NCBI GenBank assembly: GCA_964573245.1
Contig: CAZNJA010000032.1
Coordinates: 1 to 16,039 of the forward strand
Direction of reading: 5' to 3'
DNA: 16,039 nucleotides
Origin: an uncultured bacterium
GTDB taxonomy: Bacteria > CAIJMQ01
Notes under the pieces: generated by a model
What the model saw: the letters and a program-made list of their open reading frames with translations, nothing else
The model's database searches: none
Told to the model about the DNA's origin: nothing
Shown here: positions 8,187-15,775 of the stretch, piece after piece
How the letters are laid out: every line of letters begins with the position of its first letter
How positions within the stretch are numbered: position 1 is the first letter of the stretch
Program-made: the position numbers and the translations under genes

Positions 8187-10442
8187 ATGGATATCGAAAG
8201 CAAAACAAAAGAACAACTTATAAAAGAAATCGAGCATTTGCGCAAGCAAGTCAATGAGTTGGAAAAATTAAAAGCAAAATATAAACATACAGATAAAGAA
8301 TTAAAGAAGCACCATGAGCTTCTGGAAGAGTCTGAAAAGAAGTTTAAGACTATTTTTGACAATGCGATTGATGGAATACTTATAGCAGATATGGAAAGTA
8401 AGAAATTATTAATGGGAAATAAAACAATTTGCAGAAAACTAGGTTATAGCCAGAAAGAGATTAAAAATATGGAAGTTACGAATATCCATCCCAAGAAAGA
8501 TTTACCCTATGTTCTAGAGCAGTTTGAAGGTCAAGTGAATGAAGGATTTACTTTGGCCAAAGATATGCCTGTAAAAAAAAGAGACGGCAGTGTTTTTTAT
8601 ACGGATGTTAATTCTGCTCCCATAACATTATCCGGGAAAAGATATTTAATGGGTATATTTAGGGATATCACAAAACGTAAAAACATGGAAGAAGAATTGC
8701 GGGAAACCAAAAAACAAATAGAATTTGTGCTCGGGCATACAAAAACAGGATTGGATATCATAGATTCCCAATTTAATATCAGATATATAGACCCCGAATG
8801 GCAAAGAGTTTACGGCAACTATCGGGGGAAAAAATGCTACGAATATTTCATGGGACGCAAAGATGTTTGTCCTACTTGCACTATACCAAAAGCGTTTGCT
8901 ACAAAAGAACTGGTTATCAGCGAAGAGGTTCTTATTAAGGAAAACAATCGTCCTGTCCAAGTAACAACTATTCCCTTCCAAGACAATACCGGTGAATGGC
9001 TTGTAGCAGAAGTAAACATAGACATAACAGAACGTAAACGGATGGAAAACGAATTGAACAGATATCGTAAATATCTTGAAGAATTGGTAAAAAAACGCAC
9101 GGAAGAATCAAAAACGATTAATGAAAAACTCGCTCAAGATATATCAAGAAGAGAAAAAACAGAGCAGGAATTGAGGGAAAGCGAAAAACGTTATAGAAAT
9201 TTGTGGGATGAAGCGCCGGTTGCTTATCATACATTGGATACGCAAGGCATTATTACAAGTGTAAATAAAACCGAAGCCAAAATGCTCGGATACAAACCAA
9301 ATGAGATGGTTGACAAATCCATTTTTGATTTTATATTGCCTGAACAACGCGAAGAGGCAAAAAAAAGGTTTCGGGAGAAATTGACCGAAAAACACCTTTC
9401 CAAAGCCGAGCGCAGAATCTATACCACAAAAAATGGTTCTACAATCTATGTTTCAATCGATGACGCTCTTGAATATGACCAAAGTGGAAAAATCATCGGT
9501 ATCAGAACGACTATGGTCAATGTAACAGAAAGCAAAAAAATGGAGGAAGCATTACGTGAATCGGAACTGCAATACAAAACTACAATTAATTCTATGAGAG
9601 ACGCCATTCATGTCGTGGATGCTGATTTGAGGATAATTTTACACAATAACGCCTTGATGAGATGGATAGAGGAGATGGGACTCAAAGTAGATCTTTCCAG
9701 AAAAATATTGTTTGATGTTATCCCGTTTCTTTCCGACAGAGTTCGCAGTGAATACAATCACGTATTCAAATCAGGCGAAATACTTACGACGGAAGAAAAC
9801 ATTAAATTCGGCGGGAAAGAATGGTTTACAGAAGTGCGAAAAATACCCATTTGGGAAAATAGCCGGGTCTCAAGGATTCTGACAGTAATAAGAGATATCA
9901 GCGAGCGCAGAAAAACGGAAGAAACCATAAGATATTTAGCTTACCATGATACCTTGACAAATCTGCCAAATCGAACTCTTTTCAACAACCGATTGGCTTT
10001 GGAACTAAACCGCGCCCAAAGGAATAAACAAAAAGTTTCAATTATGTTGATGGACCTTGACCGATTCAAAAACGTAAATGATACACTGGGACACAGTTTT
10101 GGAGATAAATTATTACAAAACGTGGGCAAACGTTTGTCGGAAATAGTGCGTTCAAGCGATACGGTAGCCCGCATGGGTGGAGACGAATTCATTCTGTTGT
10201 TGCCGGAAACTACCCGCATTCAAGATGTGACCAAAATAGCAAGAAAGATTTTAGAGGCAATAAAGGAACCCTTTTTGATAGGCGGCAAAGAGCTAAAAAT
10301 AACCACCAGTATAGGGATAAGTGTTTATCCCACTCATGGCGAAGACGCCGAAACACTTATTAAAAATGCCGACATAGCAATGTATCAGGCTAAAAAATCC
10401 GGCAGAAATAAATTTTTCAGGTGTAAACTAAATTTCAAATAA
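8187..10442 (+). CDS. Cytoplasmic multi-PAS diguanylate cyclase
   Basis: About four PAS/PAC units ending in DIT/NVT/DIS motifs and joined by coiled coils; AYHDTLTNLPNR, DLDRFKNVNDTLGH, intact GGDEF and RxxD I-site (RSSD). No EAL domain or TM helices seen. Confidence 0.95.
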   Translation: MDIESKTKEQLIKEIEHLRKQVNELEKLKAKYKHTDKELKKHHELLEESEKKFKTIFDNAIDGILIADMESKKLLMGNKTICRKLGYSQKEIKNMEVTNIHPKKDLPYVLEQFEGQVNEGFTLAKDMPVKKRDGSVFYTDVNSAPITLSGKRYLMGIFRDITKRKNMEEELRETKKQIEFVLGHTKTGLDIIDSQFNIRYIDPEWQRVYGNYRGKKCYEYFMGRKDVCPTCTIPKAFATKELVISEEVLIKENNRPVQVTTIPFQDNTGEWLVAEVNIDITERKRMENELNRYRKYLEELVKKRTEESKTINEKLAQDISRREKTEQELRESEKRYRNLWDEAPVAYHTLDTQGIITSVNKTEAKMLGYKPNEMVDKSIFDFILPEQREEAKKRFREKLTEKHLSKAERRIYTTKNGSTIYVSIDDALEYDQSGKIIGIRTTMVNVTESKKMEEALRESELQYKTTINSMRDAIHVVDADLRIILHNNALMRWIEEMGLKVDLSRKILFDVIPFLSDRVRSEYNHVFKSGEILTTEENIKFGGKEWFTEVRKIPIWENSRVSRILTVIRDISERRKTEETIRYLAYHDTLTNLPNRTLFNNRLALELNRAQRNKQKVSIMLMDLDRFKNVNDTLGHSFGDKLLQNVGKRLSEIVRSSDTVARMGGDEFILLLPETTRIQDVTKIARKILEAIKEPFLIGGKELKITTSIGISVYPTHGEDAETLIKNADIAMYQAKKSGRNKFFRCKLNFK

Positions 10443-10508
10443 CCTCATATCCAAAGCCACCTAAATCGGGTAAACAGTTATTCAATAGGACTTAAGTTAT
10501 GCGCAATG

Positions 10509-10537
10509 TTGCCTATCTTGAATTTTTTTTGTAAAAT
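10509..10537 (+). promoter_or_regulatory. Putative sigma70 promoter for the SpoIIAA-like gene
   Basis: TTGCCT, 17 bp spacer, TAAAAT ending 9 nt before the ATG. Confidence 0.5.
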
Positions 10538-10546
10538 ATTAGCATT

Positions 10547-10912
10547 ATGGATTATAAAATATCTTCGTCTGATGATAAGTCTATCGTAGTAATTCGTGTC
10601 AAAAAACCCCTTCCTACGCAGACAGCATTGGAATTCACAAAAGAAGCTACTGAACTCGGCAACAAACACAACACGAAAAAACATCTTATAGACCTGCGCG
10701 GCATTAGAAACGAATGGGGTGTGTTCGAAACCTATCAATTCGCGCAAGAAATCAAAAAATCAGGAAGACAGCGGTTAGATAAAGTTGCCTTAGTCATAGA
10801 TCCAGAAGATAACACTCACACTTTTCTTGAAACGGCTTTGGTAAACCAGAATTACAACAACCGTCTTTTTGAGGATTACGACAAGGCAATCGCTTGGCTG
10901 AAAGAAAAGTAG
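10547..10912 (+). CDS. SpoIIAA-like (STAS/SEC14) small protein
   Basis: 121 aa with HLIDLR, KVALV and the C-terminal RLFEDYDKAIAWL typical of this family. Confidence 0.75.
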   Translation: MDYKISSSDDKSIVVIRVKKPLPTQTALEFTKEATELGNKHNTKKHLIDLRGIRNEWGVFETYQFAQEIKKSGRQRLDKVALVIDPEDNTHTFLETALVNQNYNNRLFEDYDKAIAWLKEK

Positions 10913-10927
10913 ACAGAAGGAAGTTTT

Positions 10928-11617
10928 TTAATCAAAAAATCTATATTTAAAAAGACAAAGCAGAGCAATCAAGCCGTCCCTAAGTTTTATCTTTTTACCT
11001 TCTTCATACCCACGTCCCGCATAACTAATAGGAACTTCCCATAACCTATAATGCTTCTTTAGAACTTTTGCGGTGATCTCCACTTCAAATTCAAATCCGC
11101 AAGATTTAAAGTTAAAAGATTTCAAGATTTCAGTTTTAAATAATTTAAAACAGGTTTCAAAATCGGAAAGGTTAACATTATAATGAAAGTTGGCGATGAA
11201 ATTTAGGAGTAAATTCCCCATAAAATGCCAAAATAAAAGCACTTTATGCGCGCCAAGAAACCGCGTGCCGTAAACCACATCCGCTTTGCCGTCAAGAATT
11301 GGTTTTAAAAGAGAAGGATACTCTTGGGGATTGTATTCTAAATCCGCATCCTGAATTATGACAAACTCTCCCGTAACAGCAGGAATAGCTGTTCTTATCG
11401 CAAAACCCTTGCCGAGATTTGAATCGTGACGCAATAATTTAAATCCTTTTTTAGCCTGAATGTCTCTTAAAACTTCTCCCGTCCCATCATTTGAGCCATC
11501 GTCAACAACAATCAATTCCTTTTCTATGCCGTCCAAACTCGCGTTAAAAACTCCATCTATGGCTTTAGCGATAGTTCTTTTTTCATTATAGACCGGCATT
11601 ATTATGGAGAGTTTCAT
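10928..11617 (-). CDS. Glycosyltransferase family 2 (DPM1-like polyprenol-phosphate glycosyltransferase)
   Basis: KLSIIMPVYNE, VVDDGSNDGT, NLGKG, IQDADLEY and DVVYGTRF motifs. Start is ATG 11617 or GTG 11623. Confidence 0.93.
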   Translation of the reverse strand: MKLSIIMPVYNEKRTIAKAIDGVFNASLDGIEKELIVVDDGSNDGTGEVLRDIQAKKGFKLLRHDSNLGKGFAIRTAIPAVTGEFVIIQDADLEYNPQEYPSLLKPILDGKADVVYGTRFLGAHKVLLFWHFMGNLLLNFIANFHYNVNLSDFETCFKLFKTEILKSFNFKSCGFEFEVEITAKVLKKHYRLWEVPISYAGRGYEEGKKIKLRDGLIALLCLFKYRFFD

Positions 11618-11626
11618 TCTCACACA

Positions 11627-11711
11627 GTTAACAAAAAGTTAATACAGGTTAATATTAGTTAATAAAAGGTTGCATTGGGGATAATCTTTGTTAACTATAC
11701 GCTTATTAACT
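11627..11711. repeat. Phased GTTAA / TTATTAAC-like motif array in an AT-rich intergenic region
   Basis: GTTAA at 11627, 11638, 11648 and 11658, degenerate GTTGC at 11669, GTTAAC at 11690, inverted TTATTAACT at 11703. Confidence 0.6.
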
Positions 11712-11712
11712 G

Positions 11713-11967
11713 TCATCCCTTGGATTCCTTTATAATTTTAAGGAGTTTTTTTACTTTTTCCCGAACGATTCCTCTTTCTTCTTCCAAAACTTTTATTCTG
11801 TCTTTAAGAAGATTTTCGTCTTTGCTTCCTCTTTCCAATTTCGTGGTTTGCTTTTTAAATTCTTCGAGTTCGGCTTCAAGGTAGTCTCTTTCTTTTTTTA
11901 TTTTCTTGTGCTCACTGATGAAATGTTCTATTCCATTGGAAAGCTCAGACCATTTTTGTTCAGACAT
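11713..11967 (-). CDS. ZapB-like coiled-coil protein
   Basis: 84 aa, all-helical with heptad pattern, ending LEEERGIVREKVKKLL; sits directly after pheT, where zapB-like genes often occur. Confidence 0.6.
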   Translation of the reverse strand: MSEQKWSELSNGIEHFISEHKKIKKERDYLEAELEEFKKQTTKLERGSKDENLLKDRIKVLEEERGIVREKVKKLLKIIKESKG

Positions 11968-12036
11968 ATTTAAAATATAAAATCAAATATTCAAAATTCT
12001 TAAAACCTTTAATCTAGAGCCTTGAATACGTTATTC

Positions 12037-14451
12037 TTATCCTCTTAATTTCAAGCCCAATTCTTCTTCTAATTTTTTAACAATCTTATCTTGCAACAGA
12101 TTTACTTCTTCGTCGGTCAAAGTTTTGTTCTTTGAGCGGAAAAACAAAGAATAAGACATGCTCTTTAAACCTTCGGGCACCTGTTTGCCTTTATAATAAT
12201 CAAAAAGTTTCACATTTTCCAAAAGTCCCTTTGCCTCTTCTCTCATTATACTTTCAATTCGTTCTGAAAAAACATCATTTGGAACTACAAAAGAAACATC
12301 CCGAACAACAGGTGGATATTTCGGAAGGAGCCTTATTTTTTTCTTCAACCGAACAAACGGCAAAAGTAGTTCCATATTGATTTCCGCGATATAGGTTTTT
12401 TCTTTTAATGAAAAGTTTCCCATTACAGTAGAATCGACTTCACCTATTACTCCTATTTCTTTATTATCCAACATGGGAGAAAAACAGTATGACGAGTTAA
12501 ATAAAGGGTTTTTATTATTTTCTGCATACATAAGCACAATACCAAGCTCTTTTAAAAGAGTCTCTAGTATGCCGTGTAATACAAAAAATGACATTTTAAT
12601 ATGAGGATAGAGCCAATTTTGTTCCAGCCAATCCCCGGTTAAAAGAATTCCCAAGCGAATATTTTCTTCGGGTAACTTATTTTTCCCATATTTATATATA
12701 CTGCGAAGTTCAAAAATTTTTAAATTCTTCTCGCCTTTGGAAATATTTTCCTGCGCTGTCTGAAGAAGCGAAGGCACTAAAGAGTTTCTTAAAATTTCAA
12801 AATCCGCCGAAATGGGATTATCGATTTTAATCGTATCATCCGTAACGCCTACCAGAGATTTTTCAAGTAAATCCGCACTTATGAAAGAATAATTTATGAC
12901 TTCGTTTAGAGAAAGGCGGTTTAATATGCTTCGGCATTTTCTTATAATTTTTGCCCTGTCGTCTTCTTTTAACGAAGGCATGCGCCCCGAAGGAAGAGAT
13001 AAAGGAATAATGTCATAATTATTTATTCGCGCTATTTCTTCTATCAAATCGATTTCTTGTTTAATGTCGTTTCTCCAGCTCGGAGCCTGAACTTTCAACA
13101 AACCTTTTTCTTTCGCCACCTCGAAACCTAAACTTTTTAATATTTTTTCATAAGAAGCAATCTTAATGCCGAGCACTCTTTTTATTTCCGCGGGATTGAA
13201 GGAGATAGTCTTTTTCTCGGTTTTTGCTTTTATATCAATTGCTCCGGAAACAACTTTTCCGCCTGATAGTTCCTGCATAAGACAACACGCTCGATTTGCC
13301 GCAAATGCGGTCCCCTCAAAATCCACGCCTCTTTCGAAACGATAGGAACTTTCGCTTGCCACATTTAAAGATTTTGAAGTCTTTCTTATAAACGTCGGCG
13401 AAAAGTTAGCGCTTTCGACAACAAGGGTTCTGGTGTTTTTATTGACCCCTGCTTCCTCGCCGCCCATTATTCCTGCAAGAGCAATAGGTTTTTTACTGTC
13501 CGCTATGACAAGAGCGCCGGAAGACAGAGTCCGTTCGATTCCGTCTAAACACAGAATTTTTTCTTTTTCTTTTGCTTGTCTGACTATTATTTTTTTATCT
13601 ACGATCTTTTCATAATCAAACGCGTGCAAAGGCTGTCCTGTTTCAAGCATAACATAGTTAGTTATATCTACTATGTTGTTTATAGGCCGTACTCCCGCAA
13701 GAATAAGCCGACGCCTCATCCAGTATGGAGAATTTTTGATTTGTGCGCCTTCGACTATCCTTGCAGTGTATCTGGGGCATGAATCGGAATCTTTTACTTC
13801 AATGTCTATTCTGTCTTTTATCTTATCCTTCGTTTCCTTAATTGTAATTTTGGGAATTTTTAAATACTTAGAAGATATTGCGGCAAGTTCTCTTGCAATC
13901 CCCATTATAGATAAACAGTCGCCTCTATTTGGCGTTATTTTTATATCGATTACGGCATCATCCGTTTCTATCTCGTCGGATAATTCTTTGCCTACCTTAC
14001 ATTTATCTGGCAAAATCCAGATCCCCGCCGGTTCTCCGACCCGTCGAGGTCGGAGACCGTCCGAATCATCTTCAAGTTCCAATTCCACCTTGGAACATAT
14101 CATCCCTTCGGATTCTATGCCTCTAATCGCGCGTTTTTCTATCTTTAATCCGTTTGGTAGCGCGCTTCCCGGCAAAATTACGGGAACTTTTATACCTTTT
14201 TTTACATTTGAAGCACCGCAAATGATTTGTTTGAAAGGGTCTTCTCCGACATCAACCGCGCAAATCGTCAGTTTGTCGGCAGAGGAGTGTTTTTTTACGG
14301 AAAGGACTTTGCCTATTTTTATTCCTTTAAGTGTAGAAGACGGTTCAATTCTCTCAACTTCAATACCCAAGCACAACAGTTTTTCGGCAAGTTCTTCCAA
14401 AGAAGAAGGAACCTCTATAAGTTCTTTAAGCCAATTGATCGGAATTTTCAT
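12037..14451 (-). CDS. pheT: Phenylalanine--tRNA ligase beta subunit, carrying a short in-frame insertion
   Basis: MKIPINWLKE, QIICGASN, RGIESEGMICS, ITPNRGDCLS, SSYRFERGVD, DLIEEIARI and the FDX-ACB C-terminus (KYPPVVRDVSF). Confidence 0.98.
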   Translation of the reverse strand: MKIPINWLKELIEVPSSLEELAEKLLCLGIEVERIEPSSTLKGIKIGKVLSVKKHSSADKLTICAVDVGEDPFKQIICGASNVKKGIKVPVILPGSALPNGLKIEKRAIRGIESEGMICSKVELELEDDSDGLRPRRVGEPAGIWILPDKCKVGKELSDEIETDDAVIDIKITPNRGDCLSIMGIARELAAISSKYLKIPKITIKETKDKIKDRIDIEVKDSDSCPRYTARIVEGAQIKNSPYWMRRRLILAGVRPINNIVDITNYVMLETGQPLHAFDYEKIVDKKIIVRQAKEKEKILCLDGIERTLSSGALVIADSKKPIALAGIMGGEEAGVNKNTRTLVVESANFSPTFIRKTSKSLNVASESSYRFERGVDFEGTAFAANRACCLMQELSGGKVVSGAIDIKAKTEKKTISFNPAEIKRVLGIKIASYEKILKSLGFEVAKEKGLLKVQAPSWRNDIKQEIDLIEEIARINNYDIIPLSLPSGRMPSLKEDDRAKIIRKCRSILNRLSLNEVINYSFISADLLEKSLVGVTDDTIKIDNPISADFEILRNSLVPSLLQTAQENISKGEKNLKIFELRSIYKYGKNKLPEENIRLGILLTGDWLEQNWLYPHIKMSFFVLHGILETLLKELGIVLMYAENNKNPLFNSSYCFSPMLDNKEIGVIGEVDSTVMGNFSLKEKTYIAEINMELLLPFVRLKKKIRLLPKYPPVVRDVSFVVPNDVFSERIESIMREEAKGLLENVKLFDYYKGKQVPEGLKSMSYSLFFRSKNKTLTDEEVNLLQDKIVKKLEEELGLKLRG
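14024..14062. repeat. Short GC-rich palindromic element inserted in frame in pheT
   Basis: cccgccggttctccgacccgtcgaggtcggagaccg: 9 bp stem TCTCCGACC/GGTCGGAGA plus 3 bp after a 1 nt bulge. Encodes the extra GLRPRRVGEPA; the first 20 nt recur at 15977-15996. Confidence 0.8.
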
Positions 14452-14501
14452 TTTTATATATTGGGATATTATAAACTTTTTACTTTTTAAATTGTAGTTT
14501 C

Positions 14502-14573
14502 CCTCTGGAATCTTTTCAAGATTCCGAGGACTATGTCCCTGAAATTGCCCTTTACCAAGGGCAATTTCTAGGG
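14502..14573. repeat. Two tandem bulged hairpins between sufBD and pheT (terminator or REP-like)
   Basis: CCTC-t-GGAATCTT/AAGATTCC-GAGG (14502-14529) and CCCT-GAAATTGCCCTT/AAGGGCAATTTC-t-AGGG (14537-14573). Confidence 0.7.
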
Positions 14574-14601
14574 GTACCTTTTTTACTTCTGCATTTGGAA
14601 T

Positions 14602-15768
14602 CTACATCGCTTCTTCTTGGCAGGATTTGACCAAATCATCAATTCCTTTTTGCAGTTGGGGGGGGAGACCTAAAATAGCGGTATCCATAAAACCTCTCAC
14701 TATGGCAGCTTGTGCTTCTTCGGAGCTTAAACCTCTCGTCATAAGATATTCTATTTCTTCTTTCGCGATTTTACCGACTGCCGCCTCATGTGACATGTCT
14801 AAATCTTTCTGTGTTCCTTCAAGTTCAGGTATTGCGTGTATAACTCCCTGTGAAGAAAGGATTAAACCTCTACATTCCAAATGCGCTTTCACAAAAGGGG
14901 CCTCGCCCTTTAAATGCCCTCTTGCGATAATCGTTCCTCCATGGGTGACGGCACGCGATATTATCTCGGCTTTGGTATTGGGTTTACTCAAGATTACACG
15001 GGAACCGACATCTATATGAGAATTCGGATGTGCATATAGAAGAGAATTAAATCTAGCCACTGCTCCTTCTCCTGTCAAGGTCGCAGTTGGATACATTTGC
15101 AGAGAACGAACCGGTTTAAGACAAATATAATTGGAAAGGAACATACCCCCTTCTTCAACTATTGCTTTTGACCTGGGGCGAACTATAACATCTTCAGCCC
15201 AATTATGAATCATGGTAAATTTTAAGTTTGCGCCTTTTTTAATATAGAACTCGGAAATCCCGACATGCGCGCCTTTCTTTACGTATGAAGCAGTAGTACA
15301 ACCCGTTATTATATCCAGCTCGGAATTTTCCTCTGCAATTATTATATTATGTACATTCTGAAGCAGGTTTTCTTTTTTTAAGAAAAGGCAGGATTGTATG
15401 GGATATGAAATTTTTGCCCCCGGTAATGCTCTTATAAAATAACCATTGCGTGAATCTTTTTCTGCCAAAGTTGTATATTCGTCACCACCTCTTGAAACAG
15501 CTTTCCACCAGTAATTCTTAAGCCATTTGTATTTCTTTAAAGCCTCGCTTATATTCATAACCTCCAAGCCTTTATGCAGACTCTTGGCATGAATAACGCT
15601 GTGGTCTGCCTGTATAAATGTGCCCGAGCGTCCTTTTTCGGAAACATCTACACCGGTTTCGAGTAAATTCTTTTTATCAGCAGCAGAAATTTTAGAAAGG
15701 TCTTTTTGATAAGAATGTTCCTGCGTATCACGGGCAAACTTTTCAATTTTTATCTCTTTACCTGGCAT
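14602..15768 (-). CDS. SufB/SufD-family Fe-S assembly scaffold (SmsB-like)
   Basis: GYFIRA, QNVHNIIIAEE, IITGC, HVGISEFY, HLECRGL and SHEAAVGKIA...YLMTRG motifs. Start placed at ATG 15768 (MPGKE), just after the sufC stop with a GAGGG SD, instead of 15837. Confidence 0.92.
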   Translation of the reverse strand: MPGKEIKIEKFARDTQEHSYQKDLSKISAADKKNLLETGVDVSEKGRSGTFIQADHSVIHAKSLHKGLEVMNISEALKKYKWLKNYWWKAVSRGGDEYTTLAEKDSRNGYFIRALPGAKISYPIQSCLFLKKENLLQNVHNIIIAEENSELDIITGCTTASYVKKGAHVGISEFYIKKGANLKFTMIHNWAEDVIVRPRSKAIVEEGGMFLSNYICLKPVRSLQMYPTATLTGEGAVARFNSLLYAHPNSHIDVGSRVILSKPNTKAEIISRAVTHGGTIIARGHLKGEAPFVKAHLECRGLILSSQGVIHAIPELEGTQKDLDMSHEAAVGKIAKEEIEYLMTRGLSSEEAQAAIVRGFMDTAILGLPPQLQKGIDDLVKSCQEEAM

Positions 15769-15775
15769 ATTTCTA

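Noticed and set aside
11627-11711. CRISPR array or 6S RNA in the intergenic repeat region
   Set aside because: Repeats are only 5-9 bp with no spacers, no cas genes are present, and the region is too short and unstructured for 6S RNA.
11968-12010. AAAAT-rich quasi-repeat between pheT and the zapB-like gene
   Set aside because: Too short and degenerate to distinguish from AT-rich promoter sequence.
13673-14497. 274 aa plus-strand ORF
   Set aside because: Antisense shadow of pheT; Ser/Ile-rich with no recognisable motif.
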